From positions 310,001-374,000 of the forward strand of contig NZ_JMCB01000003.1 in NCBI RefSeq assembly GCF_000737315.1: 64,000 nucleotides of DNA, given 5' to 3'. A model generated the notes under the pieces. That model ran no database searches. It worked only from the letters and a program-made list of their open reading frames with translations, and was not told the DNA's origin. This DNA is from Hyalangium minutum. GTDB lineage: Bacteria > Myxococcota > Myxococcia > Myxococcales > Myxococcaceae. This document shows, one piece after another, positions 20,053 through 30,144 of the stretch (positions are counted from its first letter, which is position 1; each line of letters opens with the position of its first letter). A program made the position numbers and the translations under genes.

Positions 20053-20477
20053 CGCGACAGCTCCATCCTTCCCGCTACCAGGTCCTCCAGCAGCGGAATG
20101 TCCGCCTCGCAGAACGGCAGCGCCGTCATCTCGGGCGGAGTCAGAAACCGCAGCGCGTGCGCCCCGAGCGGCTTGGGCTCACCCGACACCCAACGGCAGG
20201 CGTACAGCACCAATTCCACCGTGAGATCCGGGTACGTGTGCTTGCCTTCCCAGAGCCGCCGGCCCACCGCGAGCTCGACATCCAGCTCTTCGCGGCACTC
20301 GCGCGCCAGGGCGGCCTCATCCGTCTCGCCGGACTCCACCTTGCCGCCGGGGAACTCCCAGAGCAGAGCCCGGCTCCCGCCAGGCAGCCGCTGCTGCACC
20401 AGGTACCGCGAACTGTCTCCGGGCTGCGGAATCAGCGCCGCCACCACCCGGACCGTCCTCGGCGCTCTACCCGTCAA
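20049..20477 (-). CDS. NUDIX hydrolase (MutT-like)
   Basis: WEFPGGKVESGETDEAALARECREEL Nudix box; TTG start overlapping bamB stop. Confidence 0.9.
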   Translation of the reverse strand: MTGRAPRTVRVVAALIPQPGDSSRYLVQQRLPGGSRALLWEFPGGKVESGETDEAALARECREELDVELAVGRRLWEGKHTYPDLTVELVLYACRWVSGEPKPLGAHALRFLTPPEMTALPFCEADIPLLEDLVAGRMELSR

Positions 20478-21628
20478 CCGCCGCCCCCGTGCAAGCGCAG
20501 CGCATACAGGTACCCGTTGTTCGACAAGACGTACGCCGTGGAGCCCTGGACGGTCGGTGCCGCGCTGATGCCCTCGCCCGGGTTCCAGGCCAGCCGGGAA
20601 TGCCCCGTCTTCGGATCCATGAAGAGCAGCGCACGCTGGTTGGGCACCAGCAGCAGGCCCCGCGCCATCACCGGCGTTCTGCCTGCCCGCTCGCCCAGGT
20701 TGTGAGACCACAGCATCCGGCCCGTCTCGCCCAGGTACGCATCCACCCGGCCCTCGCCGGCGGCGAACACCACCTCGCCGCGCGCCAGCAGTGACGTGAT
20801 CCCCGCCACCGTGGTCGTCCACTCCACATCCCCAGTGTCGGCGCTCAGGGCGTACAGCCCGCCCTGGTACGAGGCCGCGTACACCCGCCCCGCGTCGTCC
20901 ACCACCGGTGTGGTGTCCACATCCAGGAACTCGGTGGCCCCGCCCGCCAGGGACTTCTCCCACTTCGTGGTGCCGCCCGTGGCATCCAGCGCCACCAGGT
21001 AGCCGTCGGCGAAGCCCACGTACACCGTGGTGTCCTTCACCACCGGCGCCGAGACGCCGTGGATGGTGAAGCCGCTGGGCGGATCCCGCCGGTACTGCCA
21101 GGCCCACTTGCCCGTCTCGCGCTCCACCGCGAACACCGTGTCGCTCTCCGAGGCCACCAGCACCCGCCCACCGGCCAGCACCGGCACCGTCGCGAGCGAC
21201 TCACCGGCCTCGTACTTCCACTTCAGCTCGCCCTTGCGCACATCCAGCGCGTACAGGAAGCCGTCGCCGCCGGGCACATAGGCGATGCCCTCGTGCACCA
21301 GGGCACCGGCGTTGAAGCGATTGCCCGTCTTGAAGGCCCACTCCACCTTGCCGCCGGGTGCCACGCTCCGGACGAAGCCGTCCCGGGTGAGCGTGATGAC
21401 ACGGCCCGACTCCGGATCCACCGCGGGCGAGGCGAACTCCCGAGGGGCGTACTCCCACTGCGTCGGCTCTACGAGCGGCGTCCACCAGCCGACCTCGAAG
21501 AAGTCGGCCGGGGCCTGCCGGAGCTCGGAGCTGACCGGGTTGCCGTGAAGGGGGACGGAGTTACACGCGCCGAGAAGCCCCGCCGCCCCAATCCCCGCCA
21601 CCCACTGCTTCCACGCGCGGCGCTTCAT
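20474..21628 (-). CDS. bamB: PQQ-type beta-propeller lipoprotein, BamB-like
   Basis: Lipobox LGAC, repeated G.LYALD...G...W motifs, position after yfgM/der. Confidence 0.8.
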   Translation of the reverse strand: MKRRAWKQWVAGIGAAGLLGACNSVPLHGNPVSSELRQAPADFFEVGWWTPLVEPTQWEYAPREFASPAVDPESGRVITLTRDGFVRSVAPGGKVEWAFKTGNRFNAGALVHEGIAYVPGGDGFLYALDVRKGELKWKYEAGESLATVPVLAGGRVLVASESDTVFAVERETGKWAWQYRRDPPSGFTIHGVSAPVVKDTTVYVGFADGYLVALDATGGTTKWEKSLAGGATEFLDVDTTPVVDDAGRVYAASYQGGLYALSADTGDVEWTTTVAGITSLLARGEVVFAAGEGRVDAYLGETGRMLWSHNLGERAGRTPVMARGLLLVPNQRALLFMDPKTGHSRLAWNPGEGISAAPTVQGSTAYVLSNNGYLYALRLHGGGG

Positions 21629-22437
21629 GCGCCTCCGTCCTTCTTGCCAGCCTCAGGCTCCGGCGGGGGCGGGATCTTCACGCCTTCAGCGGCCAGCAGC
21701 GACGTGCGCTCGGTGGCCAGGCGGGCCGCCGCCGAGCCCGGATGATCGATCGGAAGCTTCACGAGGACGGCGGCCGCGTCCTCCTTCTTCCCCTGGAGGA
21801 TGAGGATGCGAGCACGGTGGTACTGGCCCATGCCCTCCAGATAACCGCCCGAATCCACCTTGGACATCTCATCGAAGGAGGCGAGCGCCTGGTCGTACTT
21901 CTGCTGGGCCTCGTAGGCGTAGCCCTGGCCCTCGAGCGCCCCGGCGCGCATCGGGTCGTTCTGCGGTGCGTCCTTGAGGAACTCGGCGTAGGCGGCCAGC
22001 GCCTCGTCCACCTTGCCCAGGCGATACTGGGCCTTGGCCAGCGGCAGGGCCGCCGTCGTGGCGGACGTGGTGCCCTTGTAGGCGTTACGGAAGGCCGTCA
22101 GCGCCTTCACCAACTCTCCATCCTGATCCTGGGCCGTCCTGAACGGGGCCTTGTCGCCCTCGGCGACCGGCTTCGCCTCGGTGCCCTCGGGGGTGGGAAC
22201 GATGGGACGATCGAGGATCTCCAGGGCGGCGCCCAGCTCCTTGGCGGCCTTGGTCTCGCTGCGGTGGGAGAAGTAGGCGAACATCGCCACGATCAGGCCG
22301 CCCACCAGCAGTACGCCCACCGCCAGCGCGACGATCGTCTGGCGCTCGACCAGCCAGTGCTGAGCCTCGGCGCCCATCTGCTGGAAAGCGTCGGGCTGCT
22401 TGAGCTCTCGCTGGGTCATCTTCTCGGACTTGGCCAC
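21625..22437 (-). CDS. yfgM: YfgM-like membrane-anchored TPR protein
   Basis: RELKQPDAFQ, single TM helix, TPR helices, synteny with der and bamB. Confidence 0.75.
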   Translation of the reverse strand: MAKSEKMTQRELKQPDAFQQMGAEAQHWLVERQTIVALAVGVLLVGGLIVAMFAYFSHRSETKAAKELGAALEILDRPIVPTPEGTEAKPVAEGDKAPFRTAQDQDGELVKALTAFRNAYKGTTSATTAALPLAKAQYRLGKVDEALAAYAEFLKDAPQNDPMRAGALEGQGYAYEAQQKYDQALASFDEMSKVDSGGYLEGMGQYHRARILILQGKKEDAAAVLVKLPIDHPGSAAARLATERTSLLAAEGVKIPPPPEPEAGKKDGGA

Positions 22438-22523
22438 GTCGCAGAACCTCTTCTGTTCTTCTAAGGGTGCAAAAGGCGGCGCAATGTACGGAGCGCCTGC
22501 CCGGGGTGTCAACGCGAAGACGC

Positions 22524-23918
22524 TCAGTCCCGACGGGACGGCTTCTTCTTCTTCAGGTGGGGCTTCTTGCGGGACTCCCGCTTGGCCTTCCCCGGCCGCT
22601 CCTTGAAGAGCAGCCGCAGGGGCACCCTCAGATCGAAGGTCTTCCGGATCTGGTTGGTGATGTAGCGCTTGTACATCTCCGGCACGCCCTGGGGCACGTT
22701 GCACGTGAGGGCGAAGGTGGGCGGCGCCGTGCCCACCTGGGCGATGTAGTACAGGCGCAAGGGCTTGCTGTGGACGATGGGGGCCGGGTTGTTGTCCACC
22801 ATGTGGTCCAGCAGCCGGTTGAGCTGCGGAGTGGGAGCCCGGTAGCGGAACTGCTCGGCGAGCTCCACGGCGATGTCCACCACCTTCTCCACCTTGGAGC
22901 CGGTGAGCGCCGAGGTGAAGACGATGGGCGCGTACCCCACGAACTTCAGCGAGTACTTCAGCGCCTCGCGGTAGGCCTCCTGGCGGCGCTGGTCCGTACC
23001 GATGAGGTCCCACTTGTTCACGACGATGACGAGCGCGCGGCCCTTCTCCTCGGCCAGGGCGGCCAGCTTGGCGTCCTGGTCCACGGCGGGCTCGGTGGCG
23101 TCCATGAGGAGCACGGCCACGTCGCTGCGGTCCATCACCCTCAAGGCCGCCATCACGGAGTACTTCTCCACGCGGTGGGCAATGGAGCGCTTGCGCCGGA
23201 TGCCAGCGGTGTCCGTGAGGACAACTTTCTTGTCCTTGTAGGTGAGCGTCGAGTCGATGGGATCGCGCGTGGTGCCCGGCACCTCGCTGGCCACCAGGCG
23301 CTTCTCCTTCAGGAGCGCGTTCACCAGCGTGCTCTTGCCCACGTTGGGACGGCCGATGATGGCGATGCGGATGGAGCCGTCGTCAGGGCGCTCCTCGGAG
23401 TCCTCGCCCTCCTTCTTGGCCGGGAGCTTGTCCAGCAGCGTCCCCGCGAGGTTCTCGATGCCCAGGCCGTGCTCGGCCGACAGCGGGAACACCTCGCCCA
23501 GGCCCAGCCGGAAGAACTCCGCCGAGAGCGCCTGGACCGTGCCGATCGGGCTGTCCAGCTTGTTGGCCACCACGAGCACCGGCTTGCCGCTCTTGCGCAG
23601 CAAGGCGCCCACGGCCTCGTCCGCGGCGGTGAGCCCGGCGCGCCCGTCCGTGACGAAGAGGATGACGTCACACTCCTCCACGGCGAGCTGGGCCTGCTCG
23701 CGCACCTCCTTGAGGAGCACGTCCTGGTCGCCGGGCACGAAGCCGCCCGTGTCGATCACCGTGAAGGTGCGGTCTCCCCACGAGGCGTCCGCGTAGTGGC
23801 GATCCCGGGTGACACCGGGCACGTCCTCCACCAGCGCGGCACGGCGGCGGATGAGGCGGTTGAAGAGCGTGGATTTGCCCACGTTGGGGCGTCCGACGAT
23901 GGCGACCAGCGGTTTCAT
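22524..23918 (-). CDS. der: Ribosome biogenesis GTPase Der (EngA)
   Basis: Two GRPNVGKST P-loops, PGVTRDR, DTAGIRR. Confidence 0.97.
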   Translation of the reverse strand: MKPLVAIVGRPNVGKSTLFNRLIRRRAALVEDVPGVTRDRHYADASWGDRTFTVIDTGGFVPGDQDVLLKEVREQAQLAVEECDVILFVTDGRAGLTAADEAVGALLRKSGKPVLVVANKLDSPIGTVQALSAEFFRLGLGEVFPLSAEHGLGIENLAGTLLDKLPAKKEGEDSEERPDDGSIRIAIIGRPNVGKSTLVNALLKEKRLVASEVPGTTRDPIDSTLTYKDKKVVLTDTAGIRRKRSIAHRVEKYSVMAALRVMDRSDVAVLLMDATEPAVDQDAKLAALAEEKGRALVIVVNKWDLIGTDQRRQEAYREALKYSLKFVGYAPIVFTSALTGSKVEKVVDIAVELAEQFRYRAPTPQLNRLLDHMVDNNPAPIVHSKPLRLYYIAQVGTAPPTFALTCNVPQGVPEMYKRYITNQIRKTFDLRVPLRLLFKERPGKAKRESRKKPHLKKKKPSRRD

Positions 23919-24860
23919 TTACTCGTACCCCAGCTTCTTGAGGCCCTCGCGGCGCTCGCTCCAGCGAGGCTCCACGCGGACCCGGAGGGACAGGTACACG
24001 TGCGCCCCCAGCAGCCGCTGGATGGCCTTGCGCGCGTCCGTGCCAATTGTCTTCAGCATCTGCCCCTGCTTGCCGATGATGATGGCCTTCTGGCTGTCGC
24101 GCTCCACATAGATGGAGGCGGCAATCCGGATGAGGCCCGCAAGCTGCCCCTCGGGCGTGCCCGGCAGGGGCTCTCGCTCGGACTCGTCGAACACCTCCAC
24201 CAGCACCGCGGCGGAGTATGGGATTTCCTGGCGGCAGTGCCGCAGCACCTGCTCGCGGATGTACTCGGACACCAGCGTGCGCTCCTGCTGGTCGGTGAGC
24301 ATCTCCTCGTCGAAGATCTTCTCGCCCTCGGGCAGGTGCTGGAGCACCACCTGGAAGAGCCGGTCCACCCCGTCTCCCTCGCGCGCGGAGATGGGCACCA
24401 CCTCCGCGAACGGGAACTCGTTGCGGAACAGCTCGATCAGCGGCAGCAGCTTGGCCTTCGGAAGGCTGTCGATCTTGTTGATGACGAGGAAGGTCGGCTT
24501 GCGGATCCGCTGCAGCCGCTCGAGGATCATCCGGTTGCCCGGGCCCACCTCGGGCTTCTCCCCGCCGGGCGGCTCGATGACGAAGAGGACGAGGTCCACC
24601 TCCTCGGCGGCCTGGAGGGCTGTCTCCACCATGTAGCGGTTGAGCTCGCCCTTGGCCTGGTGGATGCCGGGCGTGTCGATGAAGGCAACCTGCCCCTCGG
24701 GGCGCGTCACCACGCCCAGGATGCGGTTACGGGTTGTCTGCGGCTTGGGAGAGACGATGGCGATCTTCTCGCCCGTCAGCTCGTTGAGCAGCGTGCTCTT
24801 GCCCACGTTGGGGCGCCCAATGAGCGCGGCAAAGCCGCTGCGGTAGGTCTTCGAGGCCAT
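23919..24860 (-). CDS. era: GTPase Era
   Basis: GRPNVGKSTLLN, PQTTR, DTPG, NKID, KH domain with SQKAIIIGKQG. Confidence 0.97.
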   Translation of the reverse strand: MASKTYRSGFAALIGRPNVGKSTLLNELTGEKIAIVSPKPQTTRNRILGVVTRPEGQVAFIDTPGIHQAKGELNRYMVETALQAAEEVDLVLFVIEPPGGEKPEVGPGNRMILERLQRIRKPTFLVINKIDSLPKAKLLPLIELFRNEFPFAEVVPISAREGDGVDRLFQVVLQHLPEGEKIFDEEMLTDQQERTLVSEYIREQVLRHCRQEIPYSAAVLVEVFDESEREPLPGTPEGQLAGLIRIAASIYVERDSQKAIIIGKQGQMLKTIGTDARKAIQRLLGAHVYLSLRVRVEPRWSERREGLKKLGYE

Positions 24861-24960
24861 TGTTGCGAAGGTGATCTGAAAGCCTCTTCCGAGGAGGAGG
24901 CTCCGTGGGACTGCGGGTGCGACCGGTGCTCCCCTGCCCGCCTGCATGGCGGGCCGAGGG

Positions 24961-25515
24961 CTACGGCGCGGACGTCGAGATGGTCAGCTTGTTGATGCGG
25001 ACTTCCGTGGTGGGCCGGTCGTTCCGGTCCTTGGTGATGTGGTTGGCGATGCGATCGACGACCTCATAGCCCTGTACCACCTCGCCGAAGATGGTGTGCT
25101 TGTTGTTGAGGTGCGGGGTGGGCACCACGGTGATGAAGAACTGGCTGCCGTTGGTGTTGGGCCCCGAGTTGGCCATGGCCAGCAGGCCCTTCTTGTCAAA
25201 ACGCTTGCCGCTCTTGAACTCATCCTCGAAGCGGTATCCCGGGCCGCCCGTACCCCGGCCGAGCGGATCGCCACCCTGGATCATGAAGTCATCAATGCAG
25301 CGGTGGAAGATCGTCCCGTCGTAGAGCGGCTTGCCCGTCATGCGCTGGCTCGTCTGGGGGTGCGTCCACTCCTTCTCCCCCGTGGCCAGCCCCACGAAGT
25401 TCTCCACCGTCTTCGGGGCATCCTTCGGGAACAGCTTCACCACCACCTGACCTTCGGTGGTGTCGAAGGTGGCGTACAGATCATTTCCCTCGCGCGCCTC
25501 GTCCATCATGCCCAT
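24961..25515 (-). CDS. Cyclophilin-type peptidyl-prolyl isomerase (cytoplasmic)
   Basis: FHRCIDDFMIQGGDP, LAMANSGPNTNGSQFFIT. Confidence 0.95.
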   Translation of the reverse strand: MGMMDEAREGNDLYATFDTTEGQVVVKLFPKDAPKTVENFVGLATGEKEWTHPQTSQRMTGKPLYDGTIFHRCIDDFMIQGGDPLGRGTGGPGYRFEDEFKSGKRFDKKGLLAMANSGPNTNGSQFFITVVPTPHLNNKHTIFGEVVQGYEVVDRIANHITKDRNDRPTTEVRINKLTISTSAP

Positions 25516-25547
25516 CTGTGGCTCCGCTTGTAGTGGGACTGCCTGCG

Positions 25548-26234
25548 CTACTTCGCCTTCTTCTCCACGGCCTTCTTCGCGGCGCCCTTGGCACCCGCGG
25601 CCGGAGCGGCGGGGACGCCCTTGGGCGCCTTGTCGCTCAGCTCGATCTTGGTGAGCTCGATCTCGGTGTTCGGCCGATCCATCGCGTCCCGGGGAGCCAG
25701 GGAGATCTTCTCCACCACGTCGTAGCCCTTCACCACCTCGCCGAAGATGGTGTGGCGGTTGTTGAGGTGGGCTGGGGTGGAGGTGGTGATGAAGAACTGG
25801 CTGCCGTTGGTGTTGGGGCCCGCGTTGGCCATGGCCAGCAAGCCTTTCTTGTCGAACTTGCGGCCGCTCTGGAACTCGTCCTCGAAGCTGTAGCCACCGT
25901 CGCCCATGCCCGTGCCCATGGGATCCCCGCCCTGAACCATGAAGTTGGGGATGACGCGGTGAAAGATTGTCCCTTCATAGAGGGGCCGCTTCGTCTTCTG
26001 GCCCGTCCTCGGGTCCGTCCACTCCTTCTCGCCAGAGGCCAGCCCCACGAAGTTCGCCACGGTCTTCGGGGCGTCCTTGGAGAAGAGCCGGACGACAATG
26101 TCGCCCTGGCTCGTCTTGAGGGTAGCGTAGATGTCTTTGCCCTCCTGCGCCTTCTTCGTCCACGGGCCGGGGGTGGGCTGCGCCCCGGCGACGGTGGCGG
26201 CCAGAACCAGGGAGGTCGCGAGCAGTCGGAACAT
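25548..26234 (-). CDS. Cyclophilin-type peptidyl-prolyl isomerase with signal peptide
   Basis: Signal peptide; FHRVIPNFMVQGGDP, LAMANAGPNTNGSQFFIT. Confidence 0.95.
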   Translation of the reverse strand: MFRLLATSLVLAATVAGAQPTPGPWTKKAQEGKDIYATLKTSQGDIVVRLFSKDAPKTVANFVGLASGEKEWTDPRTGQKTKRPLYEGTIFHRVIPNFMVQGGDPMGTGMGDGGYSFEDEFQSGRKFDKKGLLAMANAGPNTNGSQFFITTSTPAHLNNRHTIFGEVVKGYDVVEKISLAPRDAMDRPNTEIELTKIELSDKAPKGVPAAPAAGAKGAAKKAVEKKAK

Positions 26235-26277
26235 GGCGGGGGACCCTATTCGGAACCCTCCCCCCGTCCAAGGGGTT

Positions 26278-27000
26278 TCACTTCGAGGTGTCGTCCTTCC
26301 GAAGCATGTCCAGGGTGGCCCGGGCGGCTGCCTGCTCCGCCTCCTTCTTGCTGCGCCCCGTGGCCCGCGCGTACAGCTCCGCGCCGATGGACACCTCCAC
26401 CTCGAATGTCTTCTCGTGGTCAGGCCCTGCTTCGGCCACCACCCGGTAGCGCGGGGAGACTTTCAGCCGATTCTGGACGTCCTCCTGGAGCTTCGTCTTG
26501 TAGTCCAGGCCGCTGCGGCCCTCGGCCACCCCCTCCAGGGCCTCCTGGAAGTGCCGGTCCACCAGCGCCATCACCGAGTCCATGCCCGCGCCCAGGTACA
26601 CCGCGCCGATCACCGCCTCCATGGCGTCCGCGAGCACCGAGCTCTTCTCCCGGCCGCCCGTCATCTCCTCGCCCCGGCCCAGCAGCAGCAGCTCGCCCAG
26701 GTTCAACGCCCGGGCGATGCGCGCCAGCCCCTCCTCGTTGACGATGAGCGCGCGCAGCTTGGACAGCTCGCCCTCGGAGGCGTTGGGGAAGCGCTCCATC
26801 AACCGGTGGCTGATGGCCAGATCCACCACCGCGTCCCCGAGGAACTCCAGGCGCTCGTTGTCCTGGAGCGCGGAGTCCCGGTGCTCGTTGAAGTAGCTCT
26901 TGTGCGTGAGCGCCGCCAGGCCCAAGTCCTTCCGGGGCAGGGCCACCCCCAACCTCGTCTCCAGCGCCTGGACGCGCTCTTGAAGGCTCAGCTTGTCCAC
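26278..27000 (-). CDS. rnc: Ribonuclease III
   Basis: NERLEFLGDAV signature, DAMEAVIGA, dsRBD (GPDHEKTF, GRSKKEAEQ); GTG start inferred. Confidence 0.96.
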   Translation of the reverse strand: MDKLSLQERVQALETRLGVALPRKDLGLAALTHKSYFNEHRDSALQDNERLEFLGDAVVDLAISHRLMERFPNASEGELSKLRALIVNEEGLARIARALNLGELLLLGRGEEMTGGREKSSVLADAMEAVIGAVYLGAGMDSVMALVDRHFQEALEGVAEGRSGLDYKTKLQEDVQNRLKVSPRYRVVAEAGPDHEKTFEVEVSIGAELYARATGRSKKEAEQAAARATLDMLRKDDTSK

Positions 27001-27004
27001 GGGC

Positions 27005-28045
27005 TTACTCCGCCAACTGGCTCGCCAACTCCTCGGCGAGCGCGTACGGATCCGCCTGCCGCTCGGCGATGCGGCTGGCCACCTCGTCCAACCGGCCGCG
27101 CTCTCGCTCCAGCTTCGCCAGCGCGCCCCGGAGCAGCCGCTCGCGCAGCAAGGCCACGAACTGCATGGCCGCGCGGCTGCGCTCCTTCTCCTTGCGCAGC
27201 CCCGTCTCCTCCAGGAAGGCCCGGTGCTGCTCGATCGCCTGCACCAGCTCGTCCACACCCTGGCTCTTGGCGGCCACCACCTTGAGGATGGGCGGCTCCC
27301 ACTCGCGCGGGGGCGGCGTCTCCTCCACGTGGCGTCCTTCCGCCTTGGCGCGGACCATGCGGTGGTGCGCGTCATGGTCCATGGCCGGTGCCTTCACCGC
27401 GTGGCGCAGCTCCAGCATCATCCGCAGCTCGCGCACCATGCGGTCCGCGCCGTCCAGATCGGACTTGTTCACCGCGAAGACGTCCGCCACCTCGAGGATT
27501 CCGGCCTTGATGGCCTGCACGTCGTCCCCCATGCCGGGCACTGTCACCACCACCGTGGTGTGCGCCATCTGGGCGATGTCGATCTCGTCCTGCCCCACGC
27601 CCACCGTCTCCACCAGGACGATGTCCTGGCCCATGGCGTCCATGACGCGGATGCAGTCACCGGTAGCGCGCGACAGGCCGCCCAGGTTGCCGCGGGTGGC
27701 CAGCGAGCGGATGAAGACACCCGGGTCCGTGGCGTGCTCCTGCATGCGGATGCGATCGCCCAGGATGGCGCCGCCGGTGAACGGGCTGGTGGGATCCACC
27801 GCCAGCACCCCGACCCGCTTGCCCTGCTTGCGGAACCGGGTGATGAGCCGGTCCGTCAGCGTGGACTTGCCCGCGCCGGGCGAGCCGGTGAGGCCGATGA
27901 TGTAGGCCTTGCCTGTCTTGGGGAACAGGGCCTGGAGGTCCGCGGTGGCGCTGGCCTCGCCGTCGTCGATGTGGCGCATCAGGCGCGAGGCGGCGCGCAC
28001 ATCGCCCGCGAGCACCCGCTGAGAGAGTGGTGTCACTGTTGCCAA
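27005..28045 (-). CDS. meaB: MeaB/ArgK GTPase, B12 acyl-CoA mutase chaperone
   Basis: GLTGSPGAGKSTL, AVDPTSPFTGGAILGDRIRM, ETVGVGQ, NKSD. Confidence 0.93.
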   Translation of the reverse strand: MATVTPLSQRVLAGDVRAASRLMRHIDDGEASATADLQALFPKTGKAYIIGLTGSPGAGKSTLTDRLITRFRKQGKRVGVLAVDPTSPFTGGAILGDRIRMQEHATDPGVFIRSLATRGNLGGLSRATGDCIRVMDAMGQDIVLVETVGVGQDEIDIAQMAHTTVVVTVPGMGDDVQAIKAGILEVADVFAVNKSDLDGADRMVRELRMMLELRHAVKAPAMDHDAHHRMVRAKAEGRHVEETPPPREWEPPILKVVAAKSQGVDELVQAIEQHRAFLEETGLRKEKERSRAAMQFVALLRERLLRGALAKLERERGRLDEVASRIAERQADPYALAEELASQLAE

Positions 28046-28048
28046 AGC

Positions 28049-28918
28049 CTACTCCTGAGGCGAGTCCGGGCTGACGGCCTGCACGGCCGAGGCGGGAACC
28101 TTCAACAGGTTCGCCACGAACGGGACGACGCCCGGAAAGCCATCGAGTTCAAACCGATCCGACCAGATCTTCCCCGTCGTGCCGGCCAGGAGACCGCGGA
28201 AGGTGCGGCCCATCACCCGGCCCGCGGCGAAGCGGTACTTCTCGCCGTTCACGACCAGCTCCACCAGCACCTCCAGGGGGCTGCGCGGGGGAACCTGCGA
28301 GTGAGGACCGAAGGCCTGGGCGACCTCCTCATAGAGGACCCGGGCGCCCGGGCCCACGGCCGAGGCGGGGGGCCGGGCCAAACGCTCCTCGATGAGCGCG
28401 CTCAGGTAGTCCGCCAGGGCGGCCCGGTCCCGGAACTCGAACAGCTCGAAGCGGAACGGCGGCAGGCCGCTCAGCTCCTTGCCGTCGCGGCGCACCCGGG
28501 CCACATGGAACTGGCCATGCCTGTCCGCCACCAGCGTGAGCGAGAGGGGCCCGGCCTCCAGCTCGGTGGACAGCACCAGTGACTCTGGATCCAGATCCGG
28601 GTGCAGCCCCATGGAGTGCAGCTGCGCGGAGCGGCGCTCGATGTGGAAGAGGTAGTCATCGAAGGCGCCGCTGAGCACCAGGGCCACATCCTCCTGGGAT
28701 GCCGCGGCGCTGAGGAGGACGGGAGTCATCCCCACCACCGCCGGAGGGGCCGCGGGGATCAGCCGATCCCGCTCGATGTGGAACGAGATGGTGGTGAGCG
28801 GCTGCCGGGTGACCGGGTTGATGGGGGCCGAGCTCTCGTCCAGCTCCAAGATGGCGATGGGGCCTTGGGCGCCCTGCTCGACGCGCAGGCCGAGCTGCTC
28901 AATCCGGGTGGTGTCCAT
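28049..28918 (-). CDS. Hypothetical protein in the liuA-meaB-rnc unit
   Basis: 289 aa ORF with host-like codon usage, 3-bp spacing to both neighbours. Confidence 0.7.
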   Translation of the reverse strand: MDTTRIEQLGLRVEQGAQGPIAILELDESSAPINPVTRQPLTTISFHIERDRLIPAAPPAVVGMTPVLLSAAASQEDVALVLSGAFDDYLFHIERRSAQLHSMGLHPDLDPESLVLSTELEAGPLSLTLVADRHGQFHVARVRRDGKELSGLPPFRFELFEFRDRAALADYLSALIEERLARPPASAVGPGARVLYEEVAQAFGPHSQVPPRSPLEVLVELVVNGEKYRFAAGRVMGRTFRGLLAGTTGKIWSDRFELDGFPGVVPFVANLLKVPASAVQAVSPDSPQE

Positions 28919-28921
28919 GCG

Positions 28922-30064
28922 TCAGCCCTTGAAGATTTCGCGGGCGATGACGCTGCGCTGGATCTCGCTGGTGCCCTCGCCGATCTCGCACAGCTTGGCG
29001 TCGCGCAGGTAGCGCTCCACCGGGAACTCGCGCGTGTAGCCGTAGCCGCCGTGGATCTGCACCGCCTTGTTGCAGGCGCGCATGGCGGCCTCCGAGGCGA
29101 ACAGCTTGGCCTGCGAGGCGGCCTGCGTGTACGTCTGGCCCGCGTCCGCCATCCACGCCGCGCGATGGACGAGCAGGCGTGCCGCGTCGATCTCCGTCTT
29201 CATGTCCGAGAACATCCAGCGCAGGCCCTGGAACTCGGCGATGGGCTGGCCGAAGGCGGTGCGCTCGCGGGCGTAGCGCACGGACTCTTCAATGGCACCT
29301 CGGCCCAGGCCCACCGCCAACGCGCCGATGGTGATGCGGCCCTTGTCGAGGATCTTCAGCGTGTCGATGAAGCCGTGGTCCACCTCGCCCAGCCGCTGCG
29401 AGTCCGGCACCTCCACGCCCTCGAGCACCAGCTCCGCCGTGTCCGAGGAGCGCATGCCCAGCTTTCCGTGGATGGAGCGCTGGCTGAAGCCCGGCGTGCC
29501 CTTCTCCAAGATGAAGGCGGTGATGCCCTTCTGGCGCTTCTCCGGGGCGGTGAGCGCGAGGATCACGAACACGTGGCCCACGGTGCCCTGGGTGATGAAC
29601 ATCTTGGCGCCGTTGAGGATCCACTTGTCGCCCTTGCGGACGGCGGTGGTCTTCAGGCCCGAGGCGTCCGAGCCGGAGGCGGGCTCGGTCAGGCCCCAGG
29701 CGCCCAGCCACTCGCCCGAGGCGAGCTTGGGCAGGTACTTCTTCTTCTGGGCGTCGTTGCCGAACACGCGGATGTGGCTGGTGCCCAGGCCGTTGTGCGA
29801 GGCCACCGTGAGGGCCAGCGAGCCGTCGTAGCGGGCGATCTCCTCCACGGCCACCGCCACCGCCAGGCTGTCCATGGCCGCTCCGCCGTACTCCTCGGAG
29901 ACCAGCATGCCCAGCACGCCCATCTCGCCCAGCTCCCGGACGACCTCCGCCGGGAACCTCTCGTCTTTGTCCCACTCCCGAGACTGGGTTTTGACCTTGC
30001 GCTCGCAGAAGTCCTTCAGCGAGTTCTTCAGGGCGCGGTGACTCTCTGGAAGTTCGAAGTCCAT
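28922..30064 (-). CDS. liuA: Acyl-CoA dehydrogenase (isovaleryl-CoA dehydrogenase LiuA-like)
   Basis: LTEPASGSDA, NGAKMFIT, KLGMRSSDT, QIHGGYGY, IGEGTSEIQ; adjacent to carboxyltransferase and LiuC. Confidence 0.85.
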   Translation of the reverse strand: MDFELPESHRALKNSLKDFCERKVKTQSREWDKDERFPAEVVRELGEMGVLGMLVSEEYGGAAMDSLAVAVAVEEIARYDGSLALTVASHNGLGTSHIRVFGNDAQKKKYLPKLASGEWLGAWGLTEPASGSDASGLKTTAVRKGDKWILNGAKMFITQGTVGHVFVILALTAPEKRQKGITAFILEKGTPGFSQRSIHGKLGMRSSDTAELVLEGVEVPDSQRLGEVDHGFIDTLKILDKGRITIGALAVGLGRGAIEESVRYARERTAFGQPIAEFQGLRWMFSDMKTEIDAARLLVHRAAWMADAGQTYTQAASQAKLFASEAAMRACNKAVQIHGGYGYTREFPVERYLRDAKLCEIGEGTSEIQRSVIAREIFKG

Positions 30065-30144
30065 GGTGTTCGAAATATCTAATCCCGAGGAGGGGGCAGT
30101 GGGTAGCGGAAGAGTCCGAGGATGGATACTGGAGCGGCTCGGCC

